DNA of 64,000 nucleotides from Candidatus Omnitrophota bacterium (GTDB lineage Bacteria > Omnitrophota > Gorgyraeia > B26-G9), in assembly GCA_018817165.1 (NCBI GenBank), contig JAHITY010000114.1:17721-81720 (forward strand). The letters are read 5' to 3'. The notes under the pieces are model-generated. The model ran no database searches. It was given only the letters and a program-made list of their open reading frames with translations, and was not told the DNA's origin. Below, piece by piece: positions 1 to 8,889 of this stretch; position 1 is the stretch's first letter, and each line of letters starts with the position of its first letter. Both the position numbers and the translations under genes were made by a program.

Positions 1-45
1 CAAAATAAAAATCCAAGTTCTTTTCCGGATATTGAACTTAGAACT

Positions 46-2238
46 TTGACAGCTTATACAGACAATACTTATCCGCAGATCCAGAATACTGACAAAAAAA
101 TCAATGGTCGAATTTTTCAAATGCGCAGATTGAAAATTGATAGATTCCAGCCAGGAGTGTATGATTATTTTAACCTGGAGATTAATTTAAGACAAAATCA
201 GCAATCGCAAACCAATGCGGTTCAAGAGTACAAAACAAAGGTACCTTTAAAGTTTATCAAAGAGCAGGTTAGCAATAAGGGGCTGCTTGCGGTAATTAAG
301 AAAATCATTTCATATCTTAATCCCCGAAAACTCAGAGAATATTATTCAGATATAATCGGAGTTATTGATGGAAGCATGGCTTATAAAGGACCGTTTTGCG
401 CGCAAGTAGACCTTACTAATGATTGTAATAATGACTGCATTGGCTGCTGGTGCAATTCACCTTTATTAAAAGATAAGCAGATTAGTGAGCAGGTAAAACA
501 GCAGACATTGCCTTTAGAAGTGGTTAAAAAAACGATAAATCAACTTAAGAGTCTGGGCACAAAGGAGATATATTTTGCCGGAGGCGGAGAGCCGTTTATG
601 CATCCGCATATTATGGAAATTCTGAACCATGTTAAAGCGCTTGGTTTGCGTTGTTATATTAATACAAATTTTACTTTGGTAACTGAAGACATGGTAAAAC
701 AGCTGGTGGATATTGGTGTAGACAATCTAGTTGTCAGTATTTGGGCTGGAACAGCGAAAACATATCATCAAACTCATCCCAATAAATCTGAAGCAATGTT
801 TTATCAGCTAAAAGGAGTGCTTAAATTACTTAATTCGCTTAAGCATAAAAAACCACAGGTAAATGTTTATAATGTGATCTCAAATCTGAATTATAAAGAA
901 CCTGAGCAAATGGTTGATTTTGCTTTAGAATCTGGCTGTGATTCCCTGGAATTTACAGTTATTGATACAATTCCTGATGCGACAGATGCTTTGATGCTCA
1001 GTGATCAACAGAGAAAAGTAGTAATCGAAGCTTGTAATAAAATTAAACAGCGTTTGGAAACAGGGGATTTAAAAAATAAGATTGAGGTTTTACAGTTTGA
1101 GCAGTTTATCCGTCGGGTTGATAATTCTGATGCTAAAATCGCCCAATATGATAATGATATTTTAAACCAAATGCCTTGTTATATGGGCTGGCTGTTTGCC
1201 CGGATTTTGGCTGATGGCAATGTTAATTTTTGTCTAAAAGCGCATCGGATTCCTGTGGGCAATATTTATGCTCATGATTTTCTTCATATCTGGAATAACC
1301 GCAAACAGCAGGAATTTAGAAAGCGTGCAATGTCTGTGCCTAAAAAAGATGTATTTTTCTCCTTTATTGGCAATGACCCGGATGTAAAAGTCGGTTGTTT
1401 TAAAGGTTGTGACGATCTTGCGCGTAATATACATATGCACAAAAAGATCCAATCTTTAACGCGTTTGGAGTATAAATTATTAAGAGTAATTTTATACTGG
1501 ATAAAATTGAAAAATTATTTTAAAGGAAAAAACTTTTCTCAGGCAATAAAAAATAAAATTGTTCAAAGGAAAATACTTGATAAGAAAATCATCAGACAAG
1601 GGAAACTTAAGGCAGTTTATCAGTCTGAGGGCATAAAGCTATATTGGGCTGAGCAGGAGATTACCCAGAGCATTGGCTTGAATACATCAGTGTGTATCTT
1701 TGGGCTATGGTATGACTCGTCTAAAGCAAAGTGGGAAGTGTCTAAACACAATGATCATGAATTAGAACTGAAAAGTACTTGGAATAATATTCCGATTTCT
1801 CAAGTATGGAAAATTAAACTTAATAGCGATTGTTTACTCCAATGGGATATTGCTTTGATAGTTGATTCTAAAATAGAGATAGAGCAGACAAAATCAAGCA
1901 TTATGATTTCACCGCTTTATAAAAAATGGCAAATCAATAAAGAGTCTGGCAAATTCCCCAGTTCAATGAATTGGCAGCAGGCAGAGATCAATAGTACTGA
2001 CGCAAAACAAATTAAAGTTATGTCTGTTAAAACAGGAAACACTGATTTGCCGGAATTATTTTTTGATTTTTCAGAAAACAGTGATCTTGAGTTGAGACCG
2101 CAGATTCAGAACGCGGATAAGCTGATAAATTCTCGGATTATATCAGCACAGAATATAGAAGCAGATAGTGGCAGAATTTTTCTGCCAGGAGATGTGAATA
2201 ATTTTTGTTTAAAACTAAACATAAAAGGTAGTAAATGA
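46..2238 (+). CDS. Large radical SAM/SPASM-domain protein with a ~250-aa Trp-rich C-terminal extension of unknown function. The reading frame is open to the window start, so the 5' end may be truncated.
   Basis: Cx3Cx2C motif CNNDCIGC followed by GGGEPFMHP (SAM-binding); C-terminal Cys-rich SPASM-like region (CYMGW...FCLKAH...VGCFKGCDD); the track start is a TTG; there is no in-frame stop between position 1 and 46; ATGA overlap with the next gene. Confidence 0.7.
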   Translation: MTAYTDNTYPQIQNTDKKINGRIFQMRRLKIDRFQPGVYDYFNLEINLRQNQQSQTNAVQEYKTKVPLKFIKEQVSNKGLLAVIKKIISYLNPRKLREYYSDIIGVIDGSMAYKGPFCAQVDLTNDCNNDCIGCWCNSPLLKDKQISEQVKQQTLPLEVVKKTINQLKSLGTKEIYFAGGGEPFMHPHIMEILNHVKALGLRCYINTNFTLVTEDMVKQLVDIGVDNLVVSIWAGTAKTYHQTHPNKSEAMFYQLKGVLKLLNSLKHKKPQVNVYNVISNLNYKEPEQMVDFALESGCDSLEFTVIDTIPDATDALMLSDQQRKVVIEACNKIKQRLETGDLKNKIEVLQFEQFIRRVDNSDAKIAQYDNDILNQMPCYMGWLFARILADGNVNFCLKAHRIPVGNIYAHDFLHIWNNRKQQEFRKRAMSVPKKDVFFSFIGNDPDVKVGCFKGCDDLARNIHMHKKIQSLTRLEYKLLRVILYWIKLKNYFKGKNFSQAIKNKIVQRKILDKKIIRQGKLKAVYQSEGIKLYWAEQEITQSIGLNTSVCIFGLWYDSSKAKWEVSKHNDHELELKSTWNNIPISQVWKIKLNSDCLLQWDIALIVDSKIEIEQTKSSIMISPLYKKWQINKESGKFPSSMNWQQAEINSTDAKQIKVMSVKTGNTDLPELFFDFSENSDLELRPQIQNADKLINSRIISAQNIEADSGRIFLPGDVNNFCLKLNIKGSK

Positions 2239-3869
2239 GTAAAGTAATTTTAGTTAATTGTCCTCCTTGGGGGGTGGTGATGCCGCCTTTGGGAATTGCT
2301 TATTTGTCAGCATACTTAAAATTAAAAGGTGTTCCGGTAGATATTTTTGATTTAAATCTTGATCTGTATGAGCAGGCTGATTCAGCCCAGCAGTTGTTTT
2401 GGCAATTGGATGAAATAAATCGGATAAAACCCTGTGATATTGCTGAAAATATTTTTAAAGCTTTTGGAAATCGGATTGATGAATTTATTCAGAGTTTATC
2501 TGGATATACGATTATTGGGTTTTCCACAAATAATCTGATCAGTGCTATTTTTGCTGGATTTTTGGCGAAAAAAATCAAAGCCAAATATAAGGATAAAACT
2601 ATAATCCTTGGCGGGCCGGGAATATATCATAGTTGGGATAGAAAGACAGTAGCCAAAGAGAATATAGATTTTTTTATTATTGGTGAAGGCGAAGAGGCTT
2701 TGCTTAAATTTTTAAATGAATTTGAGATCAATCGATCTCCTGATTATTTGTGTTCTAAAGTTCCTGGGCTGCTTTACGCGCAGGAATCGTCAAATGTGGT
2801 TTATCTGCCTTGGCAGCCAGTAAAAGATTTAAACAGTTTAGCTTTTCCTACCTTTGAGGAATTTGATTTAAGTAAATACAATAGTAATAGTAAATATCAT
2901 CCTTTGCCCATGCTGATCAGCCGCGGCTGCATTAATCAATGCAGTTATTGCATTGACTGGTATATTTGTTCTGGTTTTCGCATGCGACGACCAAAGCTGA
3001 TTATTGAGGAAATGAAGTATCTCAAACAAAAATATAATATAAGCCATATTGAGTTTAATGATTTGCTTTGTAACGGCAATTTATATGGTTTGCATAAACT
3101 TTGTCAACAAATGCAGCAGGAAAATTTGAACCTTACTTGGATAAGCTATGCGGCAATAAGAAAAAACATGACTCAGGAACTGCTTAATGATATGAAAAAG
3201 GCAGGATGTAATTCCCTGTGTTATGGTATAGAAAGCGGATCAGATGCGGTTCTTGGCAAAATGAACAAGCATTACAACTCTGCTGATGCTAAGCAAGTAA
3301 TTGAAAAAACATTTAAAGCGGAAATTCAAGTGAGCCTGAATATAATAGTTGGATTTCCCGGAGAAACCGAAGCTGATTTTAAGCAGACAATTGATTTTCT
3401 TAAATCCAATAGTAAATATATTTCTCAAGTAACTAATGTTTCTTCTTTTGTGCTTATGCCTGGTTCTGATGTGGGAATTTATCCACAACGCTTTGGAGTG
3501 AAATTTCTTGATCCGCTCGATCCTGGCAAATGGACTGATGCAAATTGGTTGACTCAGGCAGAACGCAATCAGCGGGTGGGACGGATATGTGACTTGCTCA
3601 AGGAATTAAAGATTAAAAATCTGATTGTAAATTATCAGGATAAAAATGCTAAGGTTTGTAATATTAAAAATGAAATTCCACAGCAAATAACTGATAAGTC
3701 AGATGGAATTATTGATTTATCAGATTTGAAATCAAGAGGGTTCAAAAGAAGAAATAAAATACTTAAATTTGCTGTGCTTGGGATATTGCTTATCGCAAGC
3801 ATTATTATTGATTTTTATTTAAATGTTTTAAAAAAACTGCGGGGCTCAATTATTTTCCCCGGAAACTGA
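2235..3869 (+). CDS. B12-binding domain radical SAM protein (class B) with a C-terminal TM helix.
   Basis: N-terminal Rossmann-like B12-binding pattern (VILVNCPPWG...PPLGIAYLSAYLKLKGVPVDIFD); radical SAM motif SRGCINQCSYC; hydrophobic C-terminal helix. Confidence 0.8.
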   Translation: MSKVILVNCPPWGVVMPPLGIAYLSAYLKLKGVPVDIFDLNLDLYEQADSAQQLFWQLDEINRIKPCDIAENIFKAFGNRIDEFIQSLSGYTIIGFSTNNLISAIFAGFLAKKIKAKYKDKTIILGGPGIYHSWDRKTVAKENIDFFIIGEGEEALLKFLNEFEINRSPDYLCSKVPGLLYAQESSNVVYLPWQPVKDLNSLAFPTFEEFDLSKYNSNSKYHPLPMLISRGCINQCSYCIDWYICSGFRMRRPKLIIEEMKYLKQKYNISHIEFNDLLCNGNLYGLHKLCQQMQQENLNLTWISYAAIRKNMTQELLNDMKKAGCNSLCYGIESGSDAVLGKMNKHYNSADAKQVIEKTFKAEIQVSLNIIVGFPGETEADFKQTIDFLKSNSKYISQVTNVSSFVLMPGSDVGIYPQRFGVKFLDPLDPGKWTDANWLTQAERNQRVGRICDLLKELKIKNLIVNYQDKNAKVCNIKNEIPQQITDKSDGIIDLSDLKSRGFKRRNKILKFAVLGILLIASIIIDFYLNVLKKLRGSIIFPGN

Positions 3870-3891
3870 TTAGAATGCAGTGTATAGCGAA

Positions 3892-4038
3892 TAGTAGGGC
3901 CACGGCGTGACGTGGCCGATACTAATACAGTTATCAAAAATTGTAGGGGCCGGGCTTGCCCCGGCCCGGAATAATGTACAATTATATAAATAGGTGAAAT
4001 TATTAATAAGCGGGCGCAGGCAAGCAGCGCCCCTACTA
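3892..4038. repeat. GC-rich three-hairpin element bounded by the terminal inverted repeats TAGTAGGG...CCCCTACTA. Copy 1 of a family also seen at 52340 and 63312.
   Basis: Hairpins ggccacg-gcgtga-cgtggcc, gggccggg-cttgc-cccggccc and gggcgc-aggcaagca-gcgccc; ends tagtaggg / cccctacta are reverse complements of each other. Confidence 0.6.
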
Positions 4039-4181
4039 TAAAGGGCAGGAATAATTATTTAGGCGGGTTTGAAGCCTGATTTTGATAGGACTGGCAAAAT
4101 CAGAGATTCATCCTCGGAGTCCCGCAGGATGCGGGACGAGAATGAGCCAAAATGATTGATTCCGGACCGCCTTCGATAAAG
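4034..4181 (+). ncRNA. Conserved ~148-bp structured element (copy A). It could be a cis-regulatory leader or small RNA, or a repeat element. A near-identical copy lies at 17740..17886.
   Basis: About 96% identical direct repeat. Internal stem-loops gattttg-N11-caaaatc and ctcggagtcccgca-gga-tgcgggacgag. Both copies lie ~130 bp upstream of a GT1 glycosyltransferase start. Confidence 0.45.
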
Positions 4182-4312
4182 GTTGCATCAGCAGGAAAAT
4201 TTGTGTCAGCGTAAAATTTATCGATCATCTTGAGTATTGAGTAGAGCGTTTAGAGTTTGGAAATAGTAATTAGAAATTAGTAATTTATTTTCTGTTTTAT
4301 AAAGGGATTTTT

Positions 4313-5458
4313 ATGAAGATACTGATGATTCATCCTCATGATCTTTTTTCAAGAAAAGAACCTTGGACAATTAGAATTAAGAAAATTGCCCAAGAGTTTA
4401 AGAAAAAAGGGCATGAAATTAAGATAATTTATTTCCCTTTGGAATATCATACTCATCGGGATGGGTTTTCGATTGATGGTATTGAATATATACCTTTAAG
4501 CCGCAAACTGGGTATGGCCAATTATTATAAAAATATTCGCTATGTTTGTGCACAGGGAAAATGGGCGGATATTATCCATTTTCAGAAGTGCTTTTTTTAT
4601 GCGGCTTTGCCGGCTTTGCTTGCCGGGTTTGTTAATAATAAACCGGTTCATTATGACTGGGATGACTGGGAAATAAAGATATTTTATTACGAGGCTAAAC
4701 AGCCGCGGCTAGTCGGCGGTTTTCTTTGGGCCTTAGAAAGATATATTCCTAACCTTTGCGATACAGTATCGGTTTCCAGTCTGCGCTTAAAGCAGGAGTG
4801 CATTAGCTATGGCTTGGATCCTAATAAGATCGCCATGGCTCCGGTTGGTGCAGATTTGAACTTATTTCATCCGGATATTTCGCCAATTCGAATTAGGGAA
4901 AAATATAATCTGCAGGGGCCAATCATTAGCTATTTGGGACAATTGCATGGCGGGCAATATGCCGAACAGTTTATTCGCGCGGCAAAGATAATCACAAATC
5001 AATTAAAAGGAATAACTTTTTTTATTATCGGTGGCGGTTATCGCTTAGATGAATTAAAAACCTTAGCACGGGATATGGATTTGGATAAGCAGATTATATT
5101 TACTGGAGCGATCAGTCATCAGGAAACTCCTTTATATTTAGCGGCAACTGATATCGCAGTGGCTTGTTTTGAAAATAATCAGATTACTCAATGTAAAAGT
5201 CCGCTTAAAATCGCCGAGTATTTGGCCAGTGGTAAGCCGATTGTTGCCAGCGATGTAGGAGAAGTCAAGCGAATGCTCGGCGGGGCGGGAATTCTCACTT
5301 TGCCTGGAGATTCCGAAGCTTTAGCCCAAGGAATAAAAAAACTTCTAGATGATGAGCCTTTGCGTAAAAGATTAGCAATAAAAGCCCGTCAAAGAGCAGA
5401 GGATTTATATAATTGGCAAACAACCGCAGATAATTTATTAAGGATTTATGCTGTTTAA
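4313..5458 (+). CDS. Glycosyltransferase family 1 (GT4-like, GT-B fold).
   Basis: C-terminal GT1 signature region (IAEYLASGKPIVASDVGEV...); size ~380 aa. Confidence 0.75.
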   Translation: MKILMIHPHDLFSRKEPWTIRIKKIAQEFKKKGHEIKIIYFPLEYHTHRDGFSIDGIEYIPLSRKLGMANYYKNIRYVCAQGKWADIIHFQKCFFYAALPALLAGFVNNKPVHYDWDDWEIKIFYYEAKQPRLVGGFLWALERYIPNLCDTVSVSSLRLKQECISYGLDPNKIAMAPVGADLNLFHPDISPIRIREKYNLQGPIISYLGQLHGGQYAEQFIRAAKIITNQLKGITFFIIGGGYRLDELKTLARDMDLDKQIIFTGAISHQETPLYLAATDIAVACFENNQITQCKSPLKIAEYLASGKPIVASDVGEVKRMLGGAGILTLPGDSEALAQGIKKLLDDEPLRKRLAIKARQRAEDLYNWQTTADNLLRIYAV

Positions 5459-5484
5459 CAGTAAAGAAATCAGGATGATTTAAT

Positions 5485-6435
5485 ATGGGAAAAATTTTTC
5501 AGTTGTCGATCATAATTCCGGTTTTCAATGAACAAGGCAATCTTAAGATTTTAAATCAGCAGATTAATCAAGTTATGAATAATCTTGAAGTTACTTATGA
5601 AGTAATTTTTATTGATGATGGCAGCACTGATAATAGTGTGCGGGAACTTGAGGAAATCGCAAAAGATGATGCGCATGTGCGCATAATAACTTTGCTGAGA
5701 AATTATGGACAAACCCAGGCTATTGCTGCTGGAGTGGATCATTCTTTGGCTGAACTGATTATAACCATGGATGCTGATTTGCAGAATGATCCTAAAGATA
5801 TTCCCAAATTGCTCGATAAAATCAAACAGGGATATGACGTCGTAAGTGGCTGGCGGATTAAGCGCAAAGATAATTTCTGGCAGAAAAAACTGCCTTCATT
5901 TCTGGCTAATTTTATCATTGCTAGATTAACCAAAGTTAAATTACATGATTTGGGATGCACATTAAAAGCATATAGAATTAGTGTTTTAAAAGACATTGAA
6001 TTTCAGGGAGAAATCCATCGGTTTTTACCTTTATGCGCTGCTATTCAGGGAGCGAAAATCGCAGAAGTTCCGGTTATACACCATAAAAGAAAACATGGAC
6101 ATTCAAAATACGGGTTTTCCCGTTTTTTTAAAGTTATACTTGATATGCTTACAATATTATTTACCTGGAAATTTATGATTAAGCCGATTCAGCTATTTGG
6201 CGGCATCGGAATTGCTTCTGTATTACTCTCAGTAATGATCGGATTATTTATTGTTTTGCGTAAAGTCTTATGGGCAGGTCAATGGGTCAGTCCGCTTATA
6301 TTTATATTTGCGATTCTTTTTGTAGTCGGTGTGCAGTTTATTTTAATTGGCATTTTGGCCGAGATTATTATCAGACTTTATTATGGTATGAGGGATCAGA
6401 CACGCTATAAGATTAGAAAAAAAAACAAGGAATAA
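5485..6435 (+). CDS. GT2 polyprenol-phosphate sugar synthase (GtrB/ArnC/Dpm1-like) with two C-terminal TM helices.
   Basis: LSIIIPVFNEQ...IFIDDGSTD GT2 motifs, DAD motif (TMDADLQND), C-terminal hydrophobic helices typical of GtrB-type enzymes. Confidence 0.75.
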   Translation: MGKIFQLSIIIPVFNEQGNLKILNQQINQVMNNLEVTYEVIFIDDGSTDNSVRELEEIAKDDAHVRIITLLRNYGQTQAIAAGVDHSLAELIITMDADLQNDPKDIPKLLDKIKQGYDVVSGWRIKRKDNFWQKKLPSFLANFIIARLTKVKLHDLGCTLKAYRISVLKDIEFQGEIHRFLPLCAAIQGAKIAEVPVIHHKRKHGHSKYGFSRFFKVILDMLTILFTWKFMIKPIQLFGGIGIASVLLSVMIGLFIVLRKVLWAGQWVSPLIFIFAILFVVGVQFILIGILAEIIIRLYYGMRDQTRYKIRKKNKE

Positions 6436-6440
6436 TTTAA

Positions 6441-8132
6441 ATGTATATATTGGGTGTGTGTGATAGTCAAGATGCGGGAGCCGTGATTATCAACAGTGAA
6501 TCAAATCAAATAACTGCAGTCAATGAAGAACGTTTGAGCCGGATAAAATTGCAGGGAGGTTTTCCTTATTTATCTATTATAGAAGTCTTGCGTTTGAAAA
6601 AAATAAAGCAGGAGCAGATTGATTTAGTAGCTATTGCTTCTGATATGACGCCTTGTTTTATCCTTAGATTATTTTCCAAATCCCATGCTCAGCTTAGAGA
6701 TAATAATAAACAATTCAGTTTTTTATTGTCAGTATATATTTTATATCAGGTTTTAGCCGAAAAACTTATTCTACCTAAGAAAATAGAGTCATTTCTAAGC
6801 CGTATGGTTTTAGGCTATAAATTGAGCAAGCTAGGGATTAATGCTAAAGTAATCACCGTTGATCATCACATTGCGCATGCTTATGCAGCATATGGTATTT
6901 GCGGATTTGATAATGCTTTAATCATTACTATTGATGGTTTGGGTGATGGAGTGTCTTTTAGTGTTAATATAGGTAAGGAGGGGATTATTAAGCCGGTTTT
7001 TAGACAAAGTGCCTTAAATGATATAACACTTTATTATTCCCGATTGACGGAGTTCCTTGGATTTAAGCCGATTCAAGATGAGGGCAAGGTTATGGGTTTA
7101 GCAGCTTATTGCGGGAAATATTCCGCTTTGGATCAAGCAGCAAAGCTTTTGCGAGTAAGCAATGGAAGATTTAAACTAAAAAATCCTTTTGTAAGAAATA
7201 AAAAGATATTTAAGCAGCTAAAAACAATAAGTAAGCAGGAAGTTGCGGCATCTTTTCAAAAACATGCCGAAGATTGTATTGAGCAGATTATTGCTTATTG
7301 GGTTAAGAAAACAAATATCTCAAAAGTAGTGCTTGGCGGCGGGTTCTTTGCCAATATAAAGGTTAATCAGAAAATAGCTAATATTAAGCAAGTTGATAAA
7401 ATATATGTTTGTCCTCATATGGGAGACGGCGGATTAGCCTTGGGTGCTGCATTTTTTGCAAAAAAACAAAAACCATTTAAAGCAAAAGATGTATTTTTCG
7501 GGTCTGAATACACAAATAAGCAGATAAGTGAAGTGCTTGAATCGCAGAAAATTGAATATCAAATAAGTAATTCAATACACAATGAAATTGCTGAATTATT
7601 AAGCAGAGGGAAGATTATTGCCAGATTTAACAAAGCTATGGAATTTGGACCGAGAGCTCTTGGTAATCGTTCGATTATTGCTGCTGCAGTAGATAATAGT
7701 ATTCAGAATTCTTTAAATATTAAACTGGGTAGAGATGATTTTATGCCTTTTGGCCCGAGTATTCTCAGTGAATATAAAGCTAAATGTTGTGAGCAGACTG
7801 ATAAAGCAGCCTATGCAGGGGAATTTATGAATATTAGTTTTAAAGCTACTGATTATTTTAAAAAAAAATGTCCCGGGGCTGTGCATAAAGATGGGACAAC
7901 ACGGCCTCAATTTGTTTCAATGAATTCTAATAATGATTTTTATAATATTCTAAATGAATATAGAAAAATAACAAATATCCCAGCATTATTAAATACTAGT
8001 TTTAATATACACGAAGAGCCTATTGTTTGTAGCCCTAAAGATGCGATAAGAAGTTTTCAGAAAAGCAGAATAGATTACTTGGCAATAGGGGATTTTTTAA
8101 TAAAGAGGAGGGATGATGAAGAAAAACAATAA
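6441..8132 (+). CDS. NodU/CmcH-family carbamoyltransferase.
   Basis: N-terminal ILGV...DAGAVII...NEERLSRIK and VDHHIAHAYAAYGICGFD motifs matching the TobZ/NodU carbamoyltransferase family; ~560 aa. Confidence 0.75.
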   Translation: MYILGVCDSQDAGAVIINSESNQITAVNEERLSRIKLQGGFPYLSIIEVLRLKKIKQEQIDLVAIASDMTPCFILRLFSKSHAQLRDNNKQFSFLLSVYILYQVLAEKLILPKKIESFLSRMVLGYKLSKLGINAKVITVDHHIAHAYAAYGICGFDNALIITIDGLGDGVSFSVNIGKEGIIKPVFRQSALNDITLYYSRLTEFLGFKPIQDEGKVMGLAAYCGKYSALDQAAKLLRVSNGRFKLKNPFVRNKKIFKQLKTISKQEVAASFQKHAEDCIEQIIAYWVKKTNISKVVLGGGFFANIKVNQKIANIKQVDKIYVCPHMGDGGLALGAAFFAKKQKPFKAKDVFFGSEYTNKQISEVLESQKIEYQISNSIHNEIAELLSRGKIIARFNKAMEFGPRALGNRSIIAAAVDNSIQNSLNIKLGRDDFMPFGPSILSEYKAKCCEQTDKAAYAGEFMNISFKATDYFKKKCPGAVHKDGTTRPQFVSMNSNNDFYNILNEYRKITNIPALLNTSFNIHEEPIVCSPKDAIRSFQKSRIDYLAIGDFLIKRRDDEEKQ

Positions 8133-8889
8133 ACTTTTAAGAATTATCCAATGGTTTTTTGAAGAGGATGTAAGTGAAGAATCGGTTAGCAATGATGATA
8201 CTATTGAAATAGGATTGATTCAGATAGTCTTAATTATCCTGATAACTGCAATATTTTCAGTCTGGATATTTTTTGAGCCGATAAAGGGATTCTTCAATCG
8301 TCCTCAGCTTTCAACCAGTGAATATATTGAAAAGCATATTGAGAAGAATTATTTTATTATTAAAAATCCGCTGAAAAATAGCGATTTTAGCCAAGGACTA
8401 GAACACTGGGCAAGCTCTGACTGCGGCTTGCTTTTTCCTGATTCAAAAAGCGTTGCTAGTATTGATAAGCATGATTATCATTCTGCTCCTAGCAGTCTAA
8501 AAATAAAATGTATTTCTCCGGCAAACCGATATCATTACTCAAAAAATGAGAAAAATAAGGTATTAGATAATCCTTATAGCTTTAAGCAAACAGAATGCTG
8601 GATGGGGATTCTGCCGGGAAGAGAGATAAATGCTAGTATTTGGTATAAAGGAGATATTGTAAAATTTACAATAAATTATATTAATAAATCAGGGGAATGG
8701 AATAATTTAGACAGTGTTTTTGGCTCAGTTACAAACCAATGGTCACAGCTTAAGATAAATAAAAAAGTTCCTTTAGATGCAAGAGCAATAATGATTGAAA
8801 TCACTGTAAATAAGGCTGAGAACAGCCCCTTACCGGTAGTGTGGATAGATGACATTAACTTAAAAACTGCCAATTTTGAAGAAAAATAA
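8113..8889 (+). CDS. N-terminally membrane-anchored protein with a CBM4/9-like (carbohydrate-binding-module-like) domain. Paralog of 22363..23139.
   Basis: Single N-terminal TM helix; NSDFSQGLEHW start pattern resembling CBM_4_9 domains; clear paralogy with 22363..23139 (HSAP.SL+I+...WYKG...DFTI...). Confidence 0.4.
   Translation: MMKKNNKLLRIIQWFFEEDVSEESVSNDDTIEIGLIQIVLIILITAIFSVWIFFEPIKGFFNRPQLSTSEYIEKHIEKNYFIIKNPLKNSDFSQGLEHWASSDCGLLFPDSKSVASIDKHDYHSAPSSLKIKCISPANRYHYSKNEKNKVLDNPYSFKQTECWMGILPGREINASIWYKGDIVKFTINYINKSGEWNNLDSVFGSVTNQWSQLKINKKVPLDARAIMIEITVNKAENSPLPVVWIDDINLKTANFEEK

Noticed and set aside
4034-4181. Cobalamin or SAM riboswitch identity for the conserved 148-bp leader element.
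   Set aside because: I could not find a B12-box (GCCACTG-like) or SAM-I/II conserved cores. An unknown structured element remains possible.
3870-4312. tRNA or other canonical RNA gene in the GC-rich intergenic segment.
   Set aside because: No cloverleaf-compatible arrangement (T-loop GTTCRANYC, anticodon stem) is present. The GC-rich stretches are simple palindromic hairpins.
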